From a virus (lineage: Duplodnaviria > Caudoviricetes), in IMG/VR virus record IMGVR_UViG_3300048599_000737, positions 11,870 through 75,869 of that record: a DNA stretch of 64,000 nucleotides; one strand, written 5' to 3'. Shown piece after piece: positions 1 to 9,517 of this stretch (position 1 is its first letter; each line of letters begins with the position of its first letter). Both the position numbers and the translations under genes were made by a program. The notes under the pieces are model-generated. The model saw only the letters and a program-made list of their open reading frames with translations, was not told the DNA's origin and did not search any database.

Positions 1-1
1 T

Positions 2-3000
2 CAGTCGGATTCCATTGGTATCCCCAATTCCGACCCCGGTCCCAAAGTGCCCTATGGCGGCGGCTTTTACACTCGGAACTACATCCTCTTTGGGCGAAAC
101 ACTTTCTACTGGGACAAGAAGGCCATGCGCGAGGCCCCTGGCGATTATAGCAAGGCTCGCATTTATCATTGGCTCCACAACAATAATCTGGCCTCGGCGG
201 TGGGTGCCTTGGAAAGCTACAAGGAACCTCTGGAGAACCGCGTCTGGTTCAACTACAGCGGCCAGGACGGAAGCTACGGAGCGACTATTTACGGAACGCT
301 GAACCTGCCTTCTGTCATCGGACGCGTCTTGGATGATGGCACATCCCAGTTTTATCAATACCGCCGCAACTCGCTCGGCAAGATCACGAATTCGGTCGAT
401 CCGGTCGGACGAAGTCTGTCCTTCATCTACTCCACGAACCTGATCGATTTATTGGAGGTGCGGCAAACCACCGGAAACAACAATCAGCTCTTAGCGAGTT
501 ACACTTACAACACTCAACACCTCCCGCTCACCTCAAAAGATGCCTCGGGGCAAACCACCAAGTATTCCTATAATGCCTATGGGCAGGTCACCGGCATTAC
601 CAACGCTCTTTCCCAGGTTGTTTCCTTTGCCTATGGCACTACCGGCAACCTGCTGAGCATAACCGGCCCAAGCAACACGGTCTTTTGTCGCTTTGGATAT
701 GACTCTTGCGACCGAGTCTGTGCTATCACGAACGTGGACGGTTTTTGGAAAACCATCGATTACGATGTCTTCGACCGGTTGCTGACCAACACCTACCCCG
801 ATGGAACGCATGAAGTGTTCACCTATAACCTGCTTGATCCTCAAGCCTATATAGATCGTGCGGGAAAAGTAACACAGTACACCTTCGACAGTCTTCGCCA
901 GTTGCGGCAGATCACCGAAGCGACAAACTGGATCACGCGTTACGATTGGTGCAACTGCGGCGGACTATCCAGCATCACGGACCCGCTCGGACGCACTACC
1001 GAGTGGCTTCACGATATTCAGGGCCGGGTCACTGGCAAACGCTTCACCGATGGCAGCTCGGTCTCCTATGGATATGAGCAGACCACCAGCCGGGTGAAAA
1101 CGTTTACCAACGAGCGCGGACAAGCCCGAACTTACTACTGGGGATACGACGACAATCTGGTCGGCGTGGTCTATGCCGATTCTTCGGTTACCCCGAGTGT
1201 CATCTACTATTACGACACCAATTTCAACCGGCTCTCCGCCACTATAGATACCACTGGCACAAACGTATTCGAGTATTATCCAATTGATTCCTCGCCGGTT
1301 ATTGGCGCAGGACGACTGAAAACCGTTTGGTTTTCCACCAGGTACGACACGGTAACATACCGGTATGATGCTTTGGGCCGGACTACAAACGTGGTGCTCT
1401 CAAACAGCGTGTATGGGTCCGCCCATAACGCGAATGTCTATCAGGCAGGATACACTTTTGACGGTCTGGGACGTCTCTCTATCCTGACTGCGGGAGACAA
1501 GAACGGGGCGTTCTTCTGCGGCACTTACACAAACACCTACATCGGTGGCTCTTCGCGCATATCCAGGGTGAATTACCTGGCCGGCTATATGTACACCGGC
1601 TACAGCTACTATGGAACCAACGGGGATTTCCGCCTCCAGAGCATCACGAATGCGGCCACCCCCTATCTCACCATCAGTGGCACTGGTACAGCCGGGGCGC
1701 AGTTGACGAGATTCACCTATGGCTACGATCCGGTTGGCAAAATCACCAATATAACGTACCAACTCGGTCTCAAGACCATCACGCCCACGGTCAACACCTA
1801 CTCTTACGATGCCGTCGGGCAACTGACAAACGTTACTTCCACGAGCAACACCACCACCAAGACCTATAGCTACGCTTACGATCTGGCTGGCAATCGCACG
1901 ATGGAGGTGAATAACGGCAATACTTGGCGGTCGTGGTACAGCCCGATGAATCAACTTGTTGGCAAAGACAGGGGGATGACCACGAACAGGAGTTTTGTCT
2001 GGGACGAGGAGAATCGATTGGTGAGGGTGACGAACGGCACCTTTGGCGCACAAATCGTGTATGATTCCTTCGGACGAAAAACGCGGATCACGGAGTACAC
2101 CAACGGTTATCAGAGCTATCTCCATTGGTATATCTGGGATGGAAATCGGGTTATTCAGGACGCGCACATGAATGCCACCAACAGCATGTGGTGCCATTGG
2201 AATTACGGCCCGTGCGTTTACGATGCTTACAACTCCCGTGTGCTGGTTAACACTTTTGACCATCTCGGGTCGGTTCGGGAGGTGATTGACTCAGTGGGTT
2301 CGCTTGCCGTCCGCTACGATTACGAGCCCTATGGGAGGCAACTCACTCTTTATTCAAATTACTTCGGCGGCTATTTGCCAGGTTGGGGATTTTGCGGCCT
2401 GTATTCCGTGCCGGGTTACAACCTAGTGTTTGCCGATAATCGAGCCTACGATCCTGACCTGGGACGCTGGCTTTCACGCGATCCAATTGAAGAGGTAGGG
2501 GGCTTAAATCTTTACGAGTATTGCGGTAACGATCCCATCAACAAGATGGACCTGGATGGCCTATGTGCTCAACAAGGCTTTATCGGCGGCCCTGGGCAGT
2601 TTCGCGACCCAAATACGGGCCAGATTCGGGATGGAACAGGCAATGCAATAACGGATCAACTAAACCCATTAAATCCACTGAATTTTAAGGGAAATAGGTC
2701 TTTTGGTATAGGTGAAGGAGAGGATGCTTTTTGGGTTGTTGGTCGGCATGGTGACATGGCCACCCCCAGACCAAGTGGCTACCAATCACATCATGGGGTC
2801 AATACCGTATGGGCAGAAGCAAATATTCGTGGTTATAAGGCCGATCAGGCCCCTGCTGTCTTAATGAGAAACGATCCATATCACAACGCAACTCGGGGAG
2901 TCTTCAACCGTTTCCGAAGCGAAATTGCTGCTAGTCAAGGGGTAAGCGCACGTGATATTGACTGGAGTAAAGTTTCGCCAGGCACCGCTTGGAGACTTGC

Positions 3001-3094
3001 TGAAGAGCAATTCCATGCCGCCCAAACTCCGCTAAGCATACGAGAGGAGTACTTTAGGCAATTCAATAAGTATTTAGACACACTGCAACAATAA
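2..3094 (+). CDS. RHS/YD-repeat polymorphic toxin (5'-truncated by window) with C-terminal SHH-type HNH/EndoVII-fold nuclease tip
   Basis: The frame is open from base 2, so the GTG at 47 is probably internal. Many YD/YxYD repeats; RHS core end RAYDPDLGRWLSRDP...NLYEYCGNDPINKMDLDGL; C-terminal tip contains YQSHHG and a later DPYHNATR. Confidence 0.9.
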   Translation, partial: QSDSIGIPNSDPGPKVPYGGGFYTRNYILFGRNTFYWDKKAMREAPGDYSKARIYHWLHNNNLASAVGALESYKEPLENRVWFNYSGQDGSYGATIYGTLNLPSVIGRVLDDGTSQFYQYRRNSLGKITNSVDPVGRSLSFIYSTNLIDLLEVRQTTGNNNQLLASYTYNTQHLPLTSKDASGQTTKYSYNAYGQVTGITNALSQVVSFAYGTTGNLLSITGPSNTVFCRFGYDSCDRVCAITNVDGFWKTIDYDVFDRLLTNTYPDGTHEVFTYNLLDPQAYIDRAGKVTQYTFDSLRQLRQITEATNWITRYDWCNCGGLSSITDPLGRTTEWLHDIQGRVTGKRFTDGSSVSYGYEQTTSRVKTFTNERGQARTYYWGYDDNLVGVVYADSSVTPSVIYYYDTNFNRLSATIDTTGTNVFEYYPIDSSPVIGAGRLKTVWFSTRYDTVTYRYDALGRTTNVVLSNSVYGSAHNANVYQAGYTFDGLGRLSILTAGDKNGAFFCGTYTNTYIGGSSRISRVNYLAGYMYTGYSYYGTNGDFRLQSITNAATPYLTISGTGTAGAQLTRFTYGYDPVGKITNITYQLGLKTITPTVNTYSYDAVGQLTNVTSTSNTTTKTYSYAYDLAGNRTMEVNNGNTWRSWYSPMNQLVGKDRGMTTNRSFVWDEENRLVRVTNGTFGAQIVYDSFGRKTRITEYTNGYQSYLHWYIWDGNRVIQDAHMNATNSMWCHWNYGPCVYDAYNSRVLVNTFDHLGSVREVIDSVGSLAVRYDYEPYGRQLTLYSNYFGGYLPGWGFCGLYSVPGYNLVFADNRAYDPDLGRWLSRDPIEEVGGLNLYEYCGNDPINKMDLDGLCAQQGFIGGPGQFRDPNTGQIRDGTGNAITDQLNPLNPLNFKGNRSFGIGEGEDAFWVVGRHGDMATPRPSGYQSHHGVNTVWAEANIRGYKADQAPAVLMRNDPYHNATRGVFNRFRSEIAASQGVSARDIDWSKVSPGTAWRLAEEQFHAAQTPLSIREEYFRQFNKYLDTLQQ

Positions 3095-3099
3095 GCCAT

Positions 3100-3402
3100 A
3101 TGCCAAACCTCGATCACAACAAAATCCCATCCGCTTTAGTTCCATTGATCCCCTTTGCAGTGAAGTGGGGTATCGGCGACGATTATGAGCGGGAGGAAGC
3201 AATCACCAAAGCTTCCACCGATGAGCTAGAAACTCTTATTCACTCTATTGACACAATAAGTGACAAGGATTTGTTCGGCTGGCTTTCAGGTCCAGAGTCC
3301 TACAGTCCAACCCCATCACCGGAATATTTGGCATTCACTGCTTTAACAATGGCAATAGACCTTGCCAAATTGAGGCTGAGGCAAAAACGTGTAGATAAAT
3401 GA
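3100..3402 (+). CDS. putative immunity protein for the RHS toxin
   Basis: 100-aa acidic ORF starting 5 nt after the toxin stop; classic toxin-immunity layout. Function inferred from position only. Confidence 0.7.
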   Translation: MPNLDHNKIPSALVPLIPFAVKWGIGDDYEREEAITKASTDELETLIHSIDTISDKDLFGWLSGPESYSPTPSPEYLAFTALTMAIDLAKLRLRQKRVDK

Positions 3403-3600
3403 CTAATTGCAAAACGCATTAATTTGTATTTGGGGCTTCCCTGGCAGCGCAGCCGTCCGCAACCATGAGTCCTCGTCGAGCGATAAACGCACCGACTCGC
3501 AGGCTACGAAGATGAAAGGATACATGTAAGGCATAATATAGATGCATGGATTCCATGAGTGAGCCTCTCCAAATCCTCGGCATGTTAACCATTTAGCTTT

Positions 3601-6600
3601 ATGAACTCTAAACCATATCGACTACTATTCCTCCTGGCTTTCTTGTTTAGTTTGAGGCCAGTTTGTGCCCAGATGGCGTTTTACTACGACGCCTCAGGCA
3701 ATCCCACCAATTGTGTTTACGTCTCAAACGCCACCTTGACTAGCCTCACGGCGACCAATAATGAAACCATCGTGGCGGGTGACGAATTGTCCCTGGCGGT
3801 CTCAGCGTCGGGGTCCGGCCCCATCAGCTACCAGTGGCAGCTTAACGGCGTCAACATCGTCGGGGCCACCAACGCGACCTATTTCAAATCCAGCGCATGC
3901 ACCAGCGACGCTGGCGTTTATACGGTTGTAGTTACGGGCGCGACCGGCTCGCTGACAAATCAGGCGGGAATGGTGACCATTCTTGCCTCGTCGAACACGC
4001 TATACGCGGTTACCTATGGCTTGAATCGTTTCGTTGCCGTTGGGGCCTCGGGAACCATCGTGGCTTCATCCAATCTGGTCTCCTGGGCGCTCCTAAACTC
4101 AGGCACTACCAATGCCCTCTACGGAGTCTGCTCAGCCAACGCTTCGCTGGTGACCGTCGGCGCTCTCGGAACCGCTCTGACCTCAACGGATGCCACCAAC
4201 TGGACCAGCCGCGCCACCGGCACAACCAACGACCTCAACGCAGTGACCTACGGCAACGGCATCTTCGTTGCCGCCGGCTCGAAAGGTTGCATTTTGACTT
4301 CTCCGAACGCGTGTAGTTGGGCAATTCAAACCTTTGACAGTCCCACACTGACCAGCATCGTTTATACAAACAGCCTCTTTATCGCGACAGGCACCGGAGG
4401 AACGATATGGACCTCCTCCAACGGCACGAACTGGTTCGGCCAGGATTTCGACACCACTGAGACTATCAACGCTGTCGGCTATGGTAATGGCAAGTTTGTC
4501 GCGGCCGGAACGAGCGGACTGATCCTGACCTCGTCTGATGGAAGCAACTGGGTGGAGCAGACTAGCGCCACGGCACAGGATCTCAATTCCCTGTTGCCGT
4601 TTAACGGAGAGTTGTTCGGCATAGGGCCGGTTGGACAAAATCTCATTTCATTGGACGGAGCCAACTGGGGAATCAGCGACTCGGGGACATTTGATGTGCT
4701 ATTTGGCTCAACGGTGGGCAATGGTATTCCGGTCGCAGTCGGAGAGAATGGCACGGTTATCCAGGTTCCCAACAGTCTGGCCGACCATTTCGCCTGGAGT
4801 TACGTTCCATCGCCGCAGCGCACCAACCTGGCATTTTCGGTCACGCTCACCGCCAAGGACGCGGCGAACAATACCATTTCCAACTACAGTGGATCTGTAA
4901 CGTTGTCGACCCTAACAGGACAAGTGACCCTCACCAATTCCATCCTCACCAATGTTGCGCCTGAATATACCAACGCCTCGGCCTACACGGTCGGCTATGC
5001 TTTTACGCCCAATTCAGACCTCCTGGTTACCGCCGTGAAACACTTCGACGTTGCCGACAAGGTTTCTATATGGAAGGAAGATGAAACTCTTCTGGCCAGT
5101 GTGAACGTGACCAACCAGCGAAACGCATGGGTCTCCACCCCGCTATCCGCCCCGCTAACCCTGAAGGCTGGGACGACCTACGTGATCGGCGTGTATAGCA
5201 AAACAAACTGTTTCTATAATCTGGATGGCCCCACATCCTTCGCAGATGGCACAATCGACCAGTCATTCTTAACCGACGAAGACGGCTGTCCGATTTATCC
5301 CGAGAGCATTTATTGGTTCCTGGTCGATATAACGTATATCGTCCAGCAAAGTTCCTCCAACAGCATATCGCCCACCGTGGTGACGTTATCCAGCGGAACA
5401 GCTAACTTCAGCGCCACCGTTCAAAATCCAGGGAATGGAATCACGATGAGCGCAACCGATTCGGATGGACATGAGGGCACCAGCAATCCGTTCAATGTCT
5501 ATGGGGCCAACGATTTGGCGGTGACGCTCACGGCGACACCTAATCCAGTTGGCGTAAACAGCAACTTAACCTACACGGCGGTTGTGATTAACTCGGGTTC
5601 CACCTCTTCCACGGGAGTTTATCTGACCAACGTCATTCCTCCCGCCTCGACTTTTCTCCAGGCGACTACGAGTCAGGGAACCTGCCAGTATGCCAATGGA
5701 GTTGTGGTGTGCAACGTCGGGAATCTGGCCGGCCAGGGAAGCGTGACCAATACAATCATTGTGACTCCGGTCGTATCTGGAGTGATGCTGACCAATACCG
5801 CTATTGCAGTCCGCAACGAAACGGATTCAAACCCGAATAACAACCGGGTATCGCTGGCGACTTACGTCCCACCGACCCTGTCTGTGGGCGACGTTTCAGT
5901 AACCGAAGGCAATGTGGGATTGTCCCAAGCCCACGTGCCTGTGACGTTGTCCGCGCCGAGCGTTCTGGCGGTAAGCTTTACTACCGAAACGTTTGATGGA
6001 ACAAATGCCAATTCCGCCGTTGCTGGTCAGGATTATGTGGCATCGAGCCAGACTTGGGTTTTGACTCCTGGCACTACCAGCGCCTATATCCCCATTTCGA
6101 TTCAAGGGAACACGACCATAGAGGCCGACAAGCAGTTTCGAGTCAAGTTGTCAGCCGCTGCCAACGCCACATTGACCCGCGATCAGGCTACCGTGACAAT
6201 TGTTAATGACGACGGGCTGTCGGGGCAGGTGTACAACCTCGTCTGGTCAAGCCTCTCATCCCCCCAGGTAACCAACCAGCCGTTTTCAGCCACCATAACT
6301 GCTTTGGATGCCAGTGGGGCCACGGCGACCAGCTTCGCTAGCCAGGTCATGCTAAGCATGATTAATCCAGCGAACGCCACAAACACAGTTGTGGGTGCGT
6401 CTTCCCCGACTTCGTCTGGAAACGTGGAACTCCGAACAGTGGGATACCTCTTCTCGCCTACAAACGACCTTTACGTTACAGGCGCCAGGACCTATGGAGG
6501 GACGAAGGTCTCGATATGGACCTCTACCGGCTACCTTATTGCGAGCCAAAGCGTGGCTGGGAGCAATAGCGCCTGGACCGAAGCCTCTTTCGCCACACCA

Positions 6601-7941
6601 GTCCACTTGATGGCAGGTTCAAACTATGTAGTAGGAGCGTTCACAGGAGGAAACGCATATTCCTGGGTGCGTGATGGCAGCAGTTCGTTTGCGGATGGCA
6701 CGATTGTCCAAGGATACTCGGCACAGGGGGACACTTTCCCAGATAACCAGGACAGCGCTCGTTGGTACTTGGTTGACCTGCGCTACGTTCACGCTGGTTC
6801 GATGACGCCATCCACAACCGGCAGTTTTGCCAGCGGGGCCTGGACCGGCAATATAAGCTTGAGGGAAACTGGCACCAACATCCTGCTTATGGCTGATGAT
6901 GGCAATGGCCACCTTGGCTATGCCAATGCGCTCAACGTCTATCAGCCAAACGATCTCGCCTCAAGCATGACCGCTTCACCTTCTAACCCAGTGGTCGGTA
7001 GCAACCTGACGTTTACGACAACGGTCTTGAATCCCGGACCCAACGCCTCAACGGGTGTGTTTCTGACGAACCTACCACCGACTGGAGCTACTTTCGTTTC
7101 GGCCCAGTCGAGCCAGGGAACCTGCACCATCGCTAATGGTATCGTGATCTGCAACTTTGGCACCATCGCCTCGATGGCATCAGTCACCTTGGACGTGGTG
7201 GTTTCTCCCACAGTCGGCGGTCTGCCTCTGACGAATTCGGCAAACGTGGTTCGCAATGAGACCGATCCCAATCCCGGCAATAACAGCGTCACATTGGCGG
7301 TTGTGCCCAATCTTGCTCTGTCGCAGGCGTTCTCCCAGGCCACCAGCTACTTCTGGACTCCCTGGAGAACTGGGGGCGATGCCCTTTGGAGCGTGGAGAC
7401 CAGCGTCACGCATGATGGCGTGCAAGCGGCCCAAAGCGGAGCAATTCTCAACAGCCAGCAATCCTGGATCGAAACGACCGTGCGCGGTCCAGGAAGCCTC
7501 AGCTTCTGGTGGAAATCGTCATCTCAGCTCGGGGGCGATTTCTTGAGTTTTTCCACCAACGGTGGCAATTGCACCAGCATTTCCGGCGACGTGGATTGGC
7601 AGCAAGTTAACTGGTCCATCCTGCCGGGTGTTACGGTTCTCCGCTGGACCTATGCGAAAGACGACAGTATTGCTTCAGGCTCAGACACGGCATGGCTGGA
7701 CCAGGTGAGTTACACAATATCCTCGTTTAACTTGAATGAGCCCTCCTTGACCTCCAGTGGATTTGTGTTTTCCGTGGCTGGCATGACCGGTCAACGACTC
7801 ATCATTCAAGGCTCAACCAATCTCGTCCAATGGGTTTCGCTGAGCACCAACGTCGTAACGGGAGGCGTTGTCAATTTCACCGACATGGACGCCACTAACT
7901 ACCCATATCGTTTCTATCGAGCGGTGTTCGTAAACCAGTAA
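3601..7941 (+). CDS. large secreted/surface protein: Ig-like, propeller-like repeats, 2x DUF11-like, Calx-beta-like, 2x DUF4082-like, Verrucomicrobia-type C-terminal domain
   Basis: Signal peptide (...FSLRPVCA|Q); Ig motif SGSGPISYQWQLNG; repeated L(Y/N)AVTYG..FVA.G..G.I..S; two NDLA..TA.PNP..VGSNLT(Y/F)T modules; LSVGDVSVTEGN; C-terminal IIQGSTNLVQW...FTD..ATNYPYRFYRA. Confidence 0.85.
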   Translation: MNSKPYRLLFLLAFLFSLRPVCAQMAFYYDASGNPTNCVYVSNATLTSLTATNNETIVAGDELSLAVSASGSGPISYQWQLNGVNIVGATNATYFKSSACTSDAGVYTVVVTGATGSLTNQAGMVTILASSNTLYAVTYGLNRFVAVGASGTIVASSNLVSWALLNSGTTNALYGVCSANASLVTVGALGTALTSTDATNWTSRATGTTNDLNAVTYGNGIFVAAGSKGCILTSPNACSWAIQTFDSPTLTSIVYTNSLFIATGTGGTIWTSSNGTNWFGQDFDTTETINAVGYGNGKFVAAGTSGLILTSSDGSNWVEQTSATAQDLNSLLPFNGELFGIGPVGQNLISLDGANWGISDSGTFDVLFGSTVGNGIPVAVGENGTVIQVPNSLADHFAWSYVPSPQRTNLAFSVTLTAKDAANNTISNYSGSVTLSTLTGQVTLTNSILTNVAPEYTNASAYTVGYAFTPNSDLLVTAVKHFDVADKVSIWKEDETLLASVNVTNQRNAWVSTPLSAPLTLKAGTTYVIGVYSKTNCFYNLDGPTSFADGTIDQSFLTDEDGCPIYPESIYWFLVDITYIVQQSSSNSISPTVVTLSSGTANFSATVQNPGNGITMSATDSDGHEGTSNPFNVYGANDLAVTLTATPNPVGVNSNLTYTAVVINSGSTSSTGVYLTNVIPPASTFLQATTSQGTCQYANGVVVCNVGNLAGQGSVTNTIIVTPVVSGVMLTNTAIAVRNETDSNPNNNRVSLATYVPPTLSVGDVSVTEGNVGLSQAHVPVTLSAPSVLAVSFTTETFDGTNANSAVAGQDYVASSQTWVLTPGTTSAYIPISIQGNTTIEADKQFRVKLSAAANATLTRDQATVTIVNDDGLSGQVYNLVWSSLSSPQVTNQPFSATITALDASGATATSFASQVMLSMINPANATNTVVGASSPTSSGNVELRTVGYLFSPTNDLYVTGARTYGGTKVSIWTSTGYLIASQSVAGSNSAWTEASFATPVHLMAGSNYVVGAFTGGNAYSWVRDGSSSFADGTIVQGYSAQGDTFPDNQDSARWYLVDLRYVHAGSMTPSTTGSFASGAWTGNISLRETGTNILLMADDGNGHLGYANALNVYQPNDLASSMTASPSNPVVGSNLTFTTTVLNPGPNASTGVFLTNLPPTGATFVSAQSSQGTCTIANGIVICNFGTIASMASVTLDVVVSPTVGGLPLTNSANVVRNETDPNPGNNSVTLAVVPNLALSQAFSQATSYFWTPWRTGGDALWSVETSVTHDGVQAAQSGAILNSQQSWIETTVRGPGSLSFWWKSSSQLGGDFLSFSTNGGNCTSISGDVDWQQVNWSILPGVTVLRWTYAKDDSIASGSDTAWLDQVSYTISSFNLNEPSLTSSGFVFSVAGMTGQRLIIQGSTNLVQWVSLSTNVVTGGVVNFTDMDATNYPYRFYRAVFVNQ

Positions 7942-7984
7942 CTCATGCTGACCATCTTTGATTAACATCACACCAAAGTAATTT

Positions 7985-8053
7985 TCCGGGCGGTGGCTCG
8001 TTTCCCCAGCGGCCCACCCCATGGGCCACCCTCCTTGGCGACCGCCGCCCGGA
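7985..8053. repeat. 69-nt hairpin-forming direct repeat, copy 1
   Basis: TCCGGGCGGTGG...CCGCCGCCCGGA outer stem; inner stem GGCCCA/TGGGCC; near-identical copy at 8491-8559. Confidence 0.85.
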
Positions 8054-8064
8054 TTCTCCCTCCT

Positions 8065-8421
8065 ATGCCTCTCGACATCAAAGATGGTTTCTCTCCGGTT
8101 TTAAGATGTGACCACTGTAAGGAACTCATCACGGAGGCTTCCAAGGCTCTCGCTATCTGGAGACCGCCACAGCCCATCGAATGCCATCTGGCTCAGCATC
8201 CAGACATCTATTTCCTTCACGAGGAATGCAATCTCACTTTCCAGCAGACCGCATTTACGGATAGCGAGCGAGCCCAGGCAAATTCCGCACCGCTAACCGA
8301 GTTCCTGACGCACTTGCTGGCAAATACCGGTATTGCCTTCCTGGAAGCCGCCATCCCCTCAAAAAGCGAGGAACGGCTTGTCTCCGCGCTATCCCAGGAG
8401 AACATGCCTATTTCACGTTGA
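8065..8421 (+). CDS. hypothetical protein, possible Zn-binding (CDHC, HEEC)
   Basis: ATG at 8065 (MPLDIKDG...) chosen over the track start 7993, which lies inside the repeat; Cys/His motifs. Confidence 0.55.
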   Translation: MPLDIKDGFSPVLRCDHCKELITEASKALAIWRPPQPIECHLAQHPDIYFLHEECNLTFQQTAFTDSERAQANSAPLTEFLTHLLANTGIAFLEAAIPSKSEERLVSALSQENMPISR

Positions 8422-8490
8422 GCGGGAGGGCATTGCACAGCCTCAAAAAAAACCTTGTTCCGCACGCTGAACACAGCTACAAACGTCTTT

Positions 8491-8559
8491 ATCCGGGCGG
8501 TGGATCGTTTCCCCAGCGGGATTCCCCATCCCCACCTCCTTGGCGACTACCGCCCGGAT
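8491..8559. repeat. 69-nt hairpin-forming direct repeat, copy 2
   Basis: ATCCGGGCGGTGG...CTACCGCCCGGAT outer stem; inner stem GGGAT/ATCCC. Confidence 0.85.
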
Positions 8560-8663
8560 ACTTTCGGCAGCTACTCATGGCGACCGCCAAGGGCTCCAAA
8601 GGTTGACTTGTTTTGTAATGGCACTTTTCGCTAATTCCGTGCTATTCCATCCTAAATAATCAA

Positions 8664-9488
8664 ATGAATCCCATAGACCCAAACACTGCAAAAATCCTCA
8701 TCGATACCGGCAAGGAACTCGGCATTGATAAGCTCCTCCCAACGGTTTACGCGGATCTTCTCCAGCCAGCCGTCCGGGAAGTTGGCGACGGTTTGCGCAT
8801 CATCGCTAGAACAGCGAAGGTAGCGTTAGCCCCACTAAAAGCTACTATCTTTGGATATGAGCAGATAGAAGATATCCTCTCGGTAATGGTAACAGCGCGA
8901 CTCGCCAAGAAATCGCCCGCAGATATACAGACTCCCGACCCGGTTGTAGCCGGCCCGCTGTTGATCGGAATGTCCTTTACGGTCCAGGCTCCACATTTAC
9001 GCGAGATGTATGCCAACCTATTGGCGACAGCTATGCACCGTCCATCTTCGGCGAAGGCCCATCCTTCCTTCGTGCAAATCATCCAGCAACTCAGTCCGGC
9101 TGAGGCGCTCATCCTGAAGGAAATTTCCAGAGGGTATAAAAGTGGTGATGTGTTATTCCGAGAGGACGTCAAAAACGTACCGAAGCTCCAGCCGACTAGC
9201 ACGCTTAGCATGGCCACAATGCTTACTAATGTGGAGCCGTCGGCAATTTCCGACGTATGGCAAAGCCTTTGCGAGAGATGCGGTGTCACTGAACCGGTTC
9301 TCGCCCGCGCGTTTTACCGCAACCTCATTCGTCTAGGCATTTTCGCTGAACGCAATGAGGGTGAATCAAAGGGGGGCAATTTGGCCGATTACCTGGAATC
9401 CAGCTTTGCTAGAAGGCTGCAAACCCACGTCGAACTGAGCGAGTTTGGCGACCTATTCCTTGATGTCTGCGTCAGGGAAAGCATTTAA
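8664..9488 (+). CDS. Abi-alpha (DUF4393-like) family protein
   Basis: Characteristic PDPVVAGPLL...LREMYANLLATAM...HPSFVQIIQQLSPAEALILK segment. Confidence 0.8.
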   Translation: MNPIDPNTAKILIDTGKELGIDKLLPTVYADLLQPAVREVGDGLRIIARTAKVALAPLKATIFGYEQIEDILSVMVTARLAKKSPADIQTPDPVVAGPLLIGMSFTVQAPHLREMYANLLATAMHRPSSAKAHPSFVQIIQQLSPAEALILKEISRGYKSGDVLFREDVKNVPKLQPTSTLSMATMLTNVEPSAISDVWQSLCERCGVTEPVLARAFYRNLIRLGIFAERNEGESKGGNLADYLESSFARRLQTHVELSEFGDLFLDVCVRESI

Positions 9489-9517
9489 GTGTCCACCCCA
9501 CCTAACTCAAGAGGATT

